A stretch of DNA of 64,000 nt from the human T2T-CHM13v2.0 reference genome, Homo sapiens, in the NCBI RefSeq assembly GCF_009914755.1, contig NC_060929.1. One strand, given 5' to 3'. Shown piece after piece: positions 37,853-55,812 of this stretch. Made by a program: the position numbers and the translations under genes. The notes beneath the pieces are model-generated. The model had not been told where the DNA came from, did not search any database, and was given only the letters and a program-made list of their open reading frames with translations. How positions within the stretch are numbered: position 1 is the stretch's first letter; every line of letters starts with the position of its first letter.

Positions 37853-38492
37853 TCATTATTGTGAATATATACTGGTATGAAAAATTTATTTGAAAGAAGT
37901 TATGTTGGACATTTTCAAAGAGCAATATTAAAAGAGGCTTAAGAGATGGTATTTTGGCCTGGAAATGAGAGCACTTAAATTCAGCCACCTGTGCAGCACT
38001 ATGAGATCCTGGAAGGGGCAATGTGTGCAGAGAATAAAGAAGGAATTGCAAAACGGAGAAACACTTAGTGTGCACCGGAGTTCGGCTGTCAGCCAAACAA
38101 GGCTGACAGTGTTTACAAGGCTGGGAGCCTTGGTGCTCCCAGCCTGAAGCTTGGCTGGACCTGGAGGGAGAGCTCCTTTAAGTGTCCCCGAAAGGCCTGA
38201 GCACAGGCTGGCTGCGATGTTCACTCTGCTCACATTCCTAGGCCAATGCTGAGTCCTTGGTCTTCCGTGGTTAATTTGAAAAGGAGCACTCTCTTAAACT
38301 CAGGAGCTCAGAAAGGAGCTGGTGAGAGAGAACCTGGGAACTTTCTGCCCCAGGCCTGGAGTCTCTGTTCTAGGCCTTATTTATTCATTCTATGATGAGT
38401 CATCACTGTGATGTCTTCTGGGGCTCAGCAGTGAAAGAGAGACAAAGACGCTGACATGATAATTTACTGGGAGAAACACTTTCTTTTTCACT

Positions 38493-38638
38493 TTTTTTTT
38501 TTTTTTTTTTTTTTTAAAGAGATGGGGTCTCACTATGTTGACCAGGCTGGTCTTGAACTCCTAGCCTCAGGCGATCTTTCTGCCTCAGCCTCACAAAATG
38601 CTAGAATTAACAGTTGTGAGCCACTGTGCCTGGGTCTG
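38493..38638 (-). mobile_element. FLAM monomer
   Basis: Poly-T plus reverse left monomer; TSD GGAGAAACACTTT. Confidence 0.85.
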
Positions 38639-38687
38639 GAGAAACACTTTAAAAGTAATTTCAATAAAGTATGGTGACCTGCTATAT

Positions 38688-38872
38688 AGCACAGTGGTTC
38701 GGGTCCCCGACTTAGGAGCGGGATGACGTGGCTCTGCGTTACTGCTCTGTAACTTTTAGCAACTCCATTTCTTTGTGCCTCAATTCCCTTACTTATAAAA
38801 TGGGGATGATAATAATGATATCTATGCCATGGGAGAAGAACAGTGCCCTACATAGTGAATGCTAAATAACTA
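38688..38872 (+). mobile_element. MIR
   Basis: tctttgtgcctcaattcccttacttataaaatggggatgataata core. Confidence 0.75.
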
Positions 38873-38934
38873 CCATAGACGTTTTCTCTAGTTACAGAAA
38901 AGAAGGCTGAGTTTGCTTAAAAAGTGGCCTCAGG

Positions 38935-39394
38935 GCACTATTCACAATAGCAAAGACTTGGAACCAACCCAAATGTCCGTCAATGATAGACTGGATTAAG
39001 AAAATGTGGCACATATACACCATGGAATACTATGCAGCCAGAAAAAAAAAGATGAGTTCATGTCCTTTGTAGGGACATGGATGAGGCTGGAAACCCATCA
39101 TTCTGAGCAAACTGTCTCAAGGACAGAAAACCAAACACCACATGTTCTCACTCATAGATGGGAATTGAACAATGAGAACACTTGGACACAGGGTGGGGAA
39201 CATCACACGCCGGGGCCTGTCGTGGGGTTGGGGGAGGGGAGGGGGGAGGGATAGCACTAGGAGATATACCTAATGTAAATGACGAGTTAATGGGTGCAGT
39301 ACACCAACATGGCACATGTATACTTATGTAACAAACCTGCACGTTGTGCACATGTACCCTACAACTTAAAGTATAATAATAAAAATAAAAAAAA
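38935..39394 (+). mobile_element. 5'-truncated L1PA 3' end
   Basis: gcactattcacaatagcaaagacttggaacc..., G-rich 3' UTR, poly-A; TSD TTAAAAAGT(G/A)GCCTCAGG. Confidence 0.95.
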
Positions 39395-40232
39395 TTTAAA
39401 AAGTAGCCTCAGGGAAATGAAAAATCCACACCCACTGCTACCTGTATCCCCCTGGAAGATTCCAGCACAAAGATGTGGGCCAATAAAATTTCCTAGCATT
39501 TGGCTTATCCCAGATCAGCCCACGTGCTTGGGAGTGGAGTACATTTACCTTTTTTCCCAATTCAACCTAAAGGAGAAGGTTTAGGGTGGGGGAAGTACAG
39601 AGAGGGGCTTTGAATTTCTTCACCATATAGGTCAGTATTCTCACACTGTTGGTTCCTTTTCCTGATTATTCAATAGGCTTAACAGTCAGGCTGTGAACCC
39701 ACCTCCATAGGCAGGTGAGATCAGTGCAATATCAGATAAGTAGAGCCTTATGTTTCTCCTGAGAGCAATGAGATTTGGTGTTTTCCTCACCCCCACCTCT
39801 TCAGCAAATGCCCCTTTGATGCTTTCCCCAGAAGCTTCTACCATAGGACAAGGCAGGGCTTCAAGTTCTTTCCAAGGACACCCTTGATTCTAGACTAGGA
39901 ACAAGCCCCCAACATCATTTCCATTTTACATTACCTTTATTTAATCTGTCCAACTTAAGCACAAGGTGAAATTAAATGACAAACGTTGGTTTATAGAATC
40001 ACCCCGAATCATACAGCACTGGCAATGAAAAACAAGAGAGCCATATGAATTATCCCCCATTACCCAGCGAACCCCTTTAATCCCCAGTGAAATTAAAGAA
40101 TCCTAAGTAAATGTGCTTTTATCTTGTTGCCACAGAGAAATTAAAAATCAGTAGAAAGAAGAGAAAGAGAAAGTGAGAAAGAAAAAGGAAAAAAAGGAGG
40201 AACGCAGTTTCTCTTTTCCATTTGGAAATTAA

Positions 40233-40649
<417 letters not shown>

Positions 40650-41053
40650 TGAAGACTTCCCGAATGGACCGAGCTTCCAGGGTTAGGATGACATCTCAGG
40701 AGAGCTCACTCAGCCTGTGACCAGGGAGCTGCCTGTTTCCTCTTGGTCACTTTCAATGCAGTTTTGGGTAACAGCTGTGGCTCAAGTTTGTGGTGTACAA
40801 TTATCCTGATCAGTGAAAAGGAGGGTTTCAGCACACATAGTTCTTCTTTAGTTATATAAATCATTATTCGATGAATAGTAGAGACAATTAACTACTCTCT
40901 AATTTGTCCTACTTTGACTTTATAAAAGTAATCATTAAAATGATATTTTACTAGCACAAATGTATGTTAAAGTTGCAGATTTAGGAGTATATATTCAGGG
41001 CAACTTGAATCTATGTTCCCAGGTAAAAGAATGTTTTAAAAACATTTCACGTG

Positions 41054-41364
<311 letters not shown>

Positions 41365-42900
41365 TCAGATGTCTTTATCCCTGGGATGCAAGGTTGGTTC
41401 AACATAAACAAATCGATAAATGTGATTCATCACATAAACAGAACTAAAGAGAAAACCCACATGATTATCTTCATAGATGCAGAAAGGCTTTTGTTAAAAT
41501 TCAACACCCTTTCATATTAAAAACTCAGTAAATAAAATAGGTATTGAAAGAACCTACCTCAAAATAATAAGAGCCGTCTATGGCAAAGGCAGTCAACATC
41601 ATACTGAATGGGCACAAGCTGGAAGCATCCCCCTTGAAAACTGACAAGACAAGGTGCACTCTCACCACTCCTATTCAGCATAGTATTGGAAGTCTTAGCC
41701 AGAGCAATCAGGCCATAGAAAGAAATGAAAGGCATCCAAATAGGAGGAGAGAAACTCAAGCTATCCATGTTTGCAGATGACATAATCCCGTATCTAGAAA
41801 ACCCCATAGTCTTGGCCCAAAAGCTCCGTAAGCTGAAACAATATCAGCAACGTCCCAGGATACAAATTCAATGTGCAAAAATCACTATCATTCCTATACA
41901 CCAGCAACAATCAAGCCAAGAGCCAAATCAGGAATGCAATCCCATTCACAATTACTACAAAAAGAATTAAAATACTTAGGAATACAGCTAATCAGGGAGT
42001 TGAAAGATCTCTACAAGGAGAACTACAAAACACTGCTCAAAGAAATCAGAGGTGACACAAACAAATGGAAAAACATCCCAGGCTCATGGATAGGAAGAAC
42101 CAATATTATTAAAATGGCCATACTACCCAAAGCAATTTATAGATTCAGTACTATTCCTATTAAACTACCAATGACATTCTTCACAGAACTAGAAAAACCT
42201 ACTTTGAAATTCATATAGTACCAAAAAAGAGCCCAAATAGCCAAGGAAATCCTAAAAAAAAAAAAAAGAGCAAAGCTGGAGGCATCGTGCTACAGACTTC
42301 AAACTATACTACAGGGATACAGTAATGAAAACATCATGGTACTGGTACAAAAACAAACACACAGACCAGTGGAGCAGAATGGAGAATACAGAAATAAGGC
42401 TACACACCTGCAACTATCTGATCTTTGAAAAAGCTGATAAAAACAAGCAATGGGGAAAGGATTCCTTATTCAATAAATGGTGCTGGGATAACTGGTTAGC
42501 CATATGCAGAAATTTGAAACTGGACCTCTACCTTACACCACATACAAAAATTAACTCAAGATGAATTAAAGGCTTAAATGTAAAACCCCAATCTACAAAA
42601 AACCTGGAAGACAATCTAGGAAATATCATTCTGGGCATAGAAATGGGCAAAGATTTCATGATGAAGATGCCAAAAGCAATTGCAAAAAAAGGAAAAGTTG
42701 AGAAATGGGATCTAATTGAACAAAAGAGCCTCTGCACAGCAAAAGAAACTATCAACAGAGTGAACAAACAGCCTACAGAAGGGGAGAAAATTTTGCAAAC
42801 TATGCCTCTGACAAAGGTCTAATATCCAGCATCTATGGGGAACTTAAAACAACTTTAAAACAAAAAAACCCCCAACAATCCCATTAAAAAGTGGGCAAAT

Positions 42901-43709
<809 letters not shown>

Positions 43710-44928
43710 GAACAGATAATTTTCAAAAGAAGACATACATGTGGGCATCATATGAAAAATGGTCAACATCACTCATCATTAGAGAAATGCAAATCAAAAT
43801 CACAATGAGATACCATCTCACACCAGTCAGAATGGCTATTATTAAAACGTGAAAAAACAACAAAGATTGGCAAGTTTGTGTAGAAAAAGGAACGCTTATA
43901 CACTTTTGGTGGAAGTGGAAATTAGTTCAACCATTGTGGAAGACAGTGTGGCAATTCCTCAAAGACCTAAAAACAGAAATACAATTCGACCCAGCAATCC
44001 CATTTACTAGGTATAAACCCAAAAGAATATGTTGATACATTGTTCTATCATAAAGACACATGCATGTATGTTCACTGCAGCACTGTCCACAATGGCAAAG
44101 ACATGGAACCAACCTAAATGCCCATCAGTAGTAGACTGCATAAAGAAAATGTGGTTCATATACACCATGGAATACAATGCAGCCATGAAGAAGAATGAGA
44201 TAATGTTCTTTGCAGGAACATGGATGGAGCTGGAAGCCATTATCCTTAGCAAACTAATGCAGGAACAGAAAAAAATACCGCATGTTCTCACTTATAAGTG
44301 GGAGCTAAATGATGAGAACACATGGACACATGGGGGAAACAAGACACCCTGGGACCTATTGGAGGGTGGAGGGTGGGAGGAAGGAGAGGATTAGGAAAAA
44401 TAACTAATGGGTATCAAGCTTAATACCTGGGTGATGAAATAATCTATACAACAAACCCCCCATTACAGAAGTTTACCTATGTAATAAACCTGCACATGTA
44501 CCCCTGAACTTGAAAGTTAAAAAAAAAAAACAAAGTTTCAAATGTATAGCAACTTTAAATAAAACTAGCAAATAATAAAAGGAGAATGGCTACACATAAA
44601 ATTTGGGGGTCGTGGATTAAGTCTGCAGTATTTTTTCAGCCTCAGCAGTCTACTTAGACCTTTTCTTTGCATTGGTTGCACAGAATGGAGAAAAATCCTG
44701 ATTGATGCAGCTAATAGTAAATTATAAACATTAAAAGAAAACCTTATCTTGCAATCTCAGGATACTCTCCAGTTAAACTTCATCCTGAAAGATGCAGAAG
44801 GAGTAGTGGGAACCGTTTGTATAATAGTGGAAGGACTAATAATATCTGTGGGTTTTTTCTTTTTTTTTTTTTTTTGAGGCAGTGTCTCACCTTGTACTCC
44901 AGGCTGGAGTGCAGTGGTATGATCATAG

Positions 44929-46273
44929 TGTGTCCGGAATTGGCGGGTTCTTGGTCTCACTGACTTCAAATGAAGCTGCGGACCCTCGCTGTGAGTGTTA
45001 CAGTTCTTAAAGGCGGCGTGTCCGGAATTTGTGCCTTCTGATGTGCGGATATGTTCGGAATTTCTTCCTTCTGGTGGGGTTCGTGATCTCGCTGGCTTAG
45101 GAGTGAAGTTGCGGACCTTCGAGGTGACTGTTACAGCTATTAAGGTGGCGCGTCTGGAGTTATTCGCTCCTCCCGGTCGGTTCGTGGTTTCGCTGGCTTC
45201 AGGAGGGAAGCTGCAGACCTTCGCGGTGAGCGTTAACAGCCCATAAAGGCAATGGCGGACCCAAAGAGTGAGCAGCAGCTAGATTGATTGCAAAGAGGAA
45301 AAAAAACAAAGCTTCCACAGTGTAGAAAACAACCCCAGCAGGTTGCCACTGCCTGCTACCGCAGCCTGCTTTTATTCTCTTATTTGGCCCCACCCACATC
45401 CTGCTGATTGGTCCATTTTACAGAGAGCAGAGTGGGGCGCTGATTGGTGCGTTTACAATCCCTGAGCTAGACACAGAAGTTCTCCACCTCCCCACTAGAT
45501 TAGCTAGATACAGTGTCCACACAAAGGTTCTCCAACTCCCCATCAGAGTAGCTAGATACAGAGTGTCGACTGGTGCATTCACAAACCCTGAGCTAGACAC
45601 AGGGTGCTGATTGGTGTGTTTACAAACCTTGAGCTAGATACAGAGTGCTGATTGGTGTATTACAATCCCTTAGCTAGACATAAAGGTTCTCCAAGTCCCC
45701 ATCAGACTCAGGAGCCCAGCTGGCTTCACCCAGTGGATCCTGCACCGGGGCGCAGGTGGAGGTGGTTGATGGCACTGGGCGCTGTGGAGCAGGGGGCGGT
45801 GCTCGTCGCGGAGACTCGGGCCGTACAGGAGCCCACGGAGGGGTGGGCCGGCGGGCGGCTCAGACATGGCGGGCTGCAGGTACCGAGCCCTGCCCCGCGG
45901 GAAGGTAGCTAAGGCCCGGCGAGAAATTGAGCACAGCAGCTGCTGGCCCAGGTGCTAAGCCCCTCACTTCCAGGGGCCGGCGGGGCCTGCAGGCGGCTCC
46001 AAGTGCTGGGCCCGCCGAGCCCACGCCCACCGGGAACTCGCGCTGGCCCGCAAGCACCGCGCGCAGCCCTGGTTCCCGCCCGCGCCTCTCCCTCCACACC
46101 TCCCCGCAAGCTGGGGGAGCCGGCTCCGGCCTTGGGCAGCCCAGAAAGGGACTCCCACAGTGCAGCAGCGGGCTGAAGGGCTCCTCAAGTGCCGCCAAAG
46201 TGGGAGCACAGGCAGAGGAGGAGCCGAGAGCCAGCGAGAGCTGCGAGGACTGCCAGTAGGCTGTCACCTCTCA
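44929..46273 (-). mobile_element. LTR12-family (ERV9) solo LTR
   Basis: Same termini and layout as 3256-4652; 4-bp TSD ATAG/ATGG; lacks ~45 bp near 45760 relative to the first copy. Confidence 0.96.
45371..45655 (-). promoter_or_regulatory. LTR12 promoter module (CCAAT repeats, GATA sites, AATAAA TATA-like box), pointing leftward
   Basis: TTTATT at 45371-45376; ATTGG at 45407, 45443, 45610, 45651; activity not shown. Confidence 0.65.
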
Positions 46274-46373
46274 ATGGGTCATTGCAGCCTCAACCTCCTA
46301 GGCTGGAGTGATCCTCCCACCTCAGCCTCCTGAGTAGCTGGGACTACAGACACATGCCACTACACCTGGCTAA

Positions 46374-46824
<451 letters not shown>

Positions 46825-46889
46825 CAATAATAGCTTCCTGATCTGTTATTCACTCATTATTGTATAATGTGTATGACTTATAAGCCTGG

Positions 46890-47841
<952 letters not shown>

Positions 47842-47897
47842 CCTGGTTCTTGCTGGACATTTGAATGTGCAGATTCTGTGCTTAAAAGTGAACTCCT

Positions 47898-48250
<353 letters not shown>

Positions 48251-48502
48251 TTAAAATCATTTATTTATCAATATACAGTTCAGCAGCATCAAGTGTATTC
48301 GCAATGCTGTGCCACCATCACCACTATCCCCTAGTTTGGTTTTAAAAGTTATTTCCAAGAGTCTATGTTATACAGCTTTGAAGGGGGCACATGTATATAT
48401 CAATCATTCTTTTAAAATCACTATTTGTACTGTTGCATAATTATTAATACTTTAGTTCATACAAACCCAACTTTAATTAATTTCTTCAATTTAAACTTCC
48501 AA

Positions 48503-48770
<268 letters not shown>

Positions 48771-49014
48771 CTAGAGATGCTGGGAGTTGGGATTTGCAAA
48801 CATGGCTTGATCTCTATGCAGTGTTTTCAAGACTTTAATTAGATACTTACCCTAATTTCTTTAGTTAGTATCTTACCTGTTCCCTGAGCTAATCCTAGTG
48901 ACCTGAAATCTCATCAAGTTCTGAGGAAAATGAGAACATTCACTCCTATGACATCCTTTTTCCTCCCAGAAGTAATCATTGTTGATAAAAGGTCACTTAC
49001 TTTTTTTTTACTAG

Positions 49015-49170
49015 AATGATCCTCACGACAGCCCTTTGAAGACACTGTTGTCATCTCCATTTACAGATGATGAGATGGAAGTACAGAGAGGGTAAGTAAC
49101 TCGTGCTGGGTCACACAGCAAGGGGAGTGCAGAGCCGGGACTTAAACCCAGGCAGCCAGCTCCAGAAAGC
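49015..49170 (-). mobile_element. MIR
   Basis: ctccatttacagatgatgag...agagagggtaagtaac...gggacttaaacccaggcag. Confidence 0.8.
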
Positions 49171-49427
49171 TCCAGAGCCCACACCTGGCCTCCAGCGCCC
49201 CACACCTTGCCTTCATAGCAAGGACCAGTGTTTTTGCTGACTTCTCCCCAGAGCTTCAGTACCATGGAAAAATTTGTGTCACAGACGAGAAAGACACAAG
49301 GTGACTGGGAACTGGAGGCACTGTCTAATCTCCCTATGTGACTTGGACACATCTCATAGCTCTTCTGGATCTTTCTTATTTCAAAAGAAATAATACACAT
49401 AGAGGGATTAACATAAAGAATTCAATA

Positions 49428-50404
<977 letters not shown>

Positions 50405-51480
50405 CTAGCTTTTCTACATTGTAGTTTCCTTTATGTAAAATAGAAATTATCATACATAACTTCCAGAGTTGTTGGTAGATTGCTTAGGACATTGACAGAT
50501 TAGGGAACCTGAATAAATAGTAGTCTTTAGCAATATTAGCTATTATATAAAATCCCAAGTTCTAGAAACAACCAATTTGTTTTCCAAATAAAGCAGACCT
50601 TCCTTTCATTGAACAGAGAATAAAATAAGAACCTGAGTCCCATCTCCCTCTGTCTAGTCCCCAGAGAGACCACCCACCCTGAGGCCCATCAGCCAGCAAT
50701 GCGTTAGTGATAAACGACTAGGCTAAGTCCCCTTGAATGATTTATTTGCCCCTAAACCCTCTGAACATATCTCATTTCTAAAAGACCTATCACTGACCCT
50801 AAAAGCCATCAGACCAGCAGGAAAAAAAAAAAAATCGAACAATGCAACCAAACACAAGCCAAAGCTTTGAGGTCTGGCCAGCTTGTAGGATAGAGATAGG
50901 AATGAATGCACAAAATGTAGAGGCAGTCCAGTGGGCCTGTATATCCATCTTAGGGACACAGCCCTGACTCCAATGTGCCGAGGTATGTCTGTTGTGATCC
51001 TACAAGTTGGAGCGATGGGACTGCTTGGTTGCCATTTGCAAAATGATCCTGAAATCTGACAGGGAAATACTGTTTGACAGTCATGCCTAATATGGGTAAA
51101 ATTGAAAATCGAGTGGTAGATCTTAATTCCATTCCAGGTTATTTAAAAGAATAAGCCCAAGATAATACAAAGGATGAAATAATAGTTTCTAGGCCAATTA
51201 GAAAACAAGGTAATAGTATTAGGAGTGAGTCAGAGAAAAAAATCCAAAACAACAACCTCGATTATTTTTCTTTGTTGGGTGATGTGGTTTTAAAACAATG
51301 ACCTGCACATCCTGCTTACACCAACTGCTAAAAATAGCATTTGGAGTTTTTGTTTTAGTCTCTCCTGGGCATAGGCTATGATACCAATTACCTTTGTACA
51401 GAGAGCAACTTTCATCCTAAGAAGAGGGAAGTTGGGAATTTTGGAGAGCAGCAAAATAATTCAGAAACATAAGGACGCAA

Positions 51481-51805
51481 GGCTGGGCTTGGTGGCTCAC
51501 GCCTGTAATTCCAGCAATTTCGGAGGCCAAGGTGGGCAAATCATTTGAGCCCAGGAGTTTGAGACCAGCCCAGGCAAAATGGCAAGACCCGTCTCTACAC
51601 AAAATACAAAAATTAGCTGGGCATGGTGGTGTGCACCTGTAGTCCCAGCTACACGGGAGGCCAAGGTGGGAGGATCACTTGAGCCCAGGAGGTTGAGGCT
51701 GAGATTGTGCCACTGCACTCCAGCCCGGGTGACAGTGAGATCCTGTCTCAAAAAAAAAAAAAAAAAAAGAGAAAGAAAGAAAGAAAGAAAAAGAAATGAA
51801 AAGAA
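51481..51805 (+). mobile_element. AluJ with small deletion and (GAAA)n tail
   Basis: Dimeric Alu with J motifs. Confidence 0.9.
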
Positions 51806-52371
51806 ATGTAAGGAGCCAGCTCTGACTCCTGTGGACAACCTTGAAGATTTATTCTACCAGAGTTGTGTCTCCCCCTCTCCTCTCTCTCCCTCTAATGATT
51901 TCACAGTTCTGCATACATTTCTTGCACACCTGCCATGTCCTAGGCACTAAACAGAGGCAGAAAGCAGAAAGCTCCATTGTGGAGACCACGTCTATCCACT
52001 GTGTGCTGTGCGATCTCAGGCGTGTTATGTAACTGTTTTGTTTTCTGAGGCTGAAGAGAAAATGGTTTCTCTGAGGAGACAGCCAATGAACCAAACATAC
52101 CCTTGAAGCTCCTAAAATAAATTTCATTTAACACTTAATGCTAATGTTATCAGTCTTCTGGAAGTTCATTTCATTCCAAGAATAGCTTCTAGACTTTTTG
52201 TTGCAGTCTGTTTAATAAGTATAGACTGGATAGTTGAACAAAACATGGTACCAAAAAATGTGTCAACAGTCCCCAGGGTAGCAGGAAACATCCATTCCAT
52301 TTTCGTGGATGGTGCATGACTGATGCAAACATGCTAGTTATCCATAGCTCGTTCAAGAGAAATGCCAATTC

Positions 52372-52768
52372 TTTTTTTTTTTTTAATTTTATTTTACTTT
52401 AAGTTCCAGGGTACATGTGCAGGACAAGCAGTTTTGTTACATAGGTAAATGTGTACCATGGTGGTTTTCTGCACCTATCAACCCATCACCTAGGTATTAA
52501 GCCCCATATGCGTTAGCTATTTATCCTAATGCTCTCCCTCCCCATCCCCCCAATAGACTCCAGTGTGTGTTGTTCTCCTCCCTGTGTCCATGTGTTCTCA
52601 TTGTTCAGCTCCCACTTATGAGTAAGAACATGTGGTGGTTGGTTTTCTGTTCCTGTGTTAGTTTGCTAAGGATGATGGTTTCCAGCATCATCCATGACCC
52701 TGCAAAGGACGTGATCTCATTCTTCTTCATGGCTGCATAGTATTCCATGGTGTATATGTAGCACATTG
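52372..52768 (-). mobile_element. 5'-truncated L1PA 3' end
   Basis: Poly-T, tttaagttccagggtacatgtgcagg...ggctgcatagtattccatgg; TSD GAGAAA(T/A)GCCAATTCT. Confidence 0.93.
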
Positions 52769-52802
52769 AGAAAAGCCAATTCTAAGGTGTTATGTGTATA
52801 AG

Positions 52803-52945
52803 GCAGTGGACCTCTGAGTGGGCTCCCCTAGGAAATTGTTAGAAATGTCCATTCTTGGGTCCCAGATTCACTGAATCTGAAACTGTGGAGTTGGGGCCCA
52901 GCAATTGACTTTAACTGCCCTCCAGTGGATTACGATGCATGCTGA
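52803..52945. mobile_element. MER5A-like hAT remnant
   Basis: ggaaattgttagaaatg...ctgaatctgaaactgtggagttggggcccagcaat. Confidence 0.65.
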
Positions 52946-53144
52946 TGGATGTTTTTCATAATTTCAAATTTTCCAGTCATGTCATTCTAATGTATATTAA
53001 TTCTATGTAAAACTTGTTAAAAAGCCTTCTGACCAACTTTTTCTTTCTATAGCTTGAGTTTCAGGCATAACTTCCACAGGTATAACTTCCACAACTAGAA
53101 CCTCATACTGCTATCACTCTTTAACTTGATAGGATCATAAACTG

Positions 53145-53176
53145 TTTTTCTTTCTTCCTTTCTTTCTCTCTCTCTT

Positions 53177-53208
<32 letters not shown>

Positions 53209-53305
53209 CTTCTTTCTTTCTTTCTTTCTTTTTCTTTCTTTCCCTCTTCCCCCCCCCATCCTCCTCCTTCTCCTCCTCCTCCTCTCTCTTTCTTTATTCT
53301 TTCTG
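53145..53305. repeat. Polypyrimidine (TTTC/TC/CCT)n tract
   Basis: Almost pure C/T for ~160 bp, continuous with Alu tail. Confidence 0.9.
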
Positions 53306-53306
53306 G

Positions 53307-53605
53307 TTTTTTTTTTTTTTTTTTTTTCAGAGTTTTGCTCTTGTCACCCAGGCTGGAGTGCAATGGCACAATCTCGGCTCACTGCAGCCTCCTCCTCCCG
53401 GGTTCAAGTGATTCTTCTGCCTCAGACTCCTGAGTAGCTGGGACTACAGTCGTGTGCCACCAAGCCTGGCTAATTTTTGTATTTTTAATAGAGATGGGGT
53501 TTCACCATATTGGCCAGGCTGGTTTCAAATTCCTGACCTTGTGATCCGCCTGCCTCAGCCTCCCAAAGCGCTGGGATTACAGGTGTGAGCCACGGAGCCC
53601 GGCCC
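53307..53605 (-). mobile_element. AluS
   Basis: Reverse dimeric Alu. Confidence 0.93.
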
Positions 53606-53645
53606 GTACTGTTTTTCTTATAGCACCTTAAAACACTCTATTTCT

Positions 53646-53788
53646 GGGCTGGCATGCTGGCTTATACCTGTAATCCCAGCACTTTGGGAAGCTGAGGCGG
53701 GAGGATCACTTGAGCCGAGGTGTTCGAGACCAGCCTAGGTAACATGGTGAGACCCTGTCTTCAAATAAAATAAAATAAAAAATATAAA
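53646..53788 (+). mobile_element. FLAM monomer
   Basis: Left monomer with A-rich tail; TSD CTCTATTTCT. Confidence 0.85.
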
Positions 53789-54109
53789 AGTGCTCTATTT
53801 CTTACAAAGACATGAGAGTTTTAATAAAAGAGAACAAAGGACCATCAAATACTTTTCAGACAGCTGATGTGTAGATTCTTTACAATATTTAAAAGAATGT
53901 TACTACTAGTAGAATAATAATATGACTAGTGGGTAGTAAATGTTCTTACGGGGCTGAGAGAATACATCACGTACGACTGGCAATCATGAGCTAAGTCAGG
54001 TATAGAAAAATTTCTTCTCCAGGACGGCATCATCACCTAAATGCAGCAGAGCGTCTGTCATTTTATGTGGCTTTTAGGGGTCCTGTCGTTGGAAGAATGA
54101 GCAGTCGTC

Positions 54110-54302
54110 TGTTGGGGCTGGCTTGTGCTGCTCAGGACAGTGTAAAAGCCAGCTCAGAACATTTCTTCCCAACTCAGTGTTTGGAAACATCACGTTGGCA
54201 TCGGCCATGCCTGGAGAATTTACACCATGAAACTGGCAAACACTATAAGTGGGAACTTCTTAAGTTTTTTTATTTTTTGAGAGCTGGCTCACATCACCAC
54301 TG
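54110..54302. mobile_element. MER63-like hAT remnant
   Basis: atcggccatg...atttacaccatgaaactggcaaacacta...gagagctggc...caccactg. Confidence 0.6.
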
Positions 54303-54713
54303 AAGTTAGAAGAGTATGGAGCTCCAAGACAGGGCCTACTGACTGAGCTCATCTCCTCCGGAATAGCAGGCTTTGGAAGTACTGTTTTAGGATCAAGACT
54401 CATCTTTATGCTTGTTGGGATGGTACTCACACTGGGATGCAAAACCAACCTGTTGGAGGATTTGTCCGTGCAACTTAATTGTTGCTGTTCTTGCTCCTTC
54501 TACACAGCCTCTGTGGACCTTGTAGGCATCTATCAGGCACTCCTGTCTCCTGCCAGGTCTGCACCTACTGCAGGAGGGAGGCCTAGGAAGTGTCAGAACT
54601 GATGGGCTCAGCCATGCAGTGGTGACCCCCTATCCCCCTCTCTGTCTCCTCCTTTTGTAGTCTGCTCCAAGGTCAATCAAGGGACCAGAGGTTTTAGTGA
54701 AAAAGCTAGTTCC

Positions 54714-55185
<472 letters not shown>

Positions 55186-55199
55186 TCAACGTACAAAGT

Positions 55200-55400
55200 T
55201 AGCGTTTACTAAGCACATAATATGACCCAGGCACTCTGCTAATAACTCGACAAACACACCCTCATTTAATATTTCCAGAAGCACCAAGAGATAGGGATTT
55301 CTCGTATCTTCATTTTTCAGGTGAGAAAGCTGAGATTTTGAGAGGTAAGTGACAGCCATGATCACCGAGGATTTGAACTTGGTGTGTCTGACACCTGTCC
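55200..55400 (-). mobile_element. MIR
   Basis: gcgtttactaagcac...ccaggcactctgct...catttttcaggtgagaaagctgag...ggatttgaac. Confidence 0.78.
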
Positions 55401-55812
55401 TTCTCCCTTGAATCAGAGGTGAGTTCATGGTGCGAACATAGGTCTGAGTCACAGACACCAGACCTTTCTTTGGATTCATCTTGTGCCTGGGTTTTCTTTT
55501 CTTGGGCTGTATGATCTCCCTGGCTCCCTTTTATCTTTCGTGCAAACAGACATCTGGTAGGTCGGTCTCATGAGGTCACCAGATGTGCCCTAGTAGGTTT
55601 CAAGCCCCGGATTAGACACAGTGTAGGTTCAAGCTAGGACAGCCTCCTCCCAGCTAGTCAATCAGGGCTTCATTAAATGCTTATTAGAGTGATTTGGCTT
55701 TATAATTACCCACAGAGCTTTAAAAACGCAGACACTTTAGGTCCTACCCTAGAAATCTCAATTTATTGATTAAGGCATAAGGCCTGGACATTTTCTATAA
55801 GCTCTCTCTCTC

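Noticed and set aside
39222-39250. G-quadruplex-forming G-run cluster
   Set aside because: Standard polypurine tract of the L1 3' UTR.
53067-53093. ATAACTTCCACA x2, superficially loxP-like
   Set aside because: A simple 14-bp-period direct duplication, not the inverted ATAACTTCGTATA arms of loxP.
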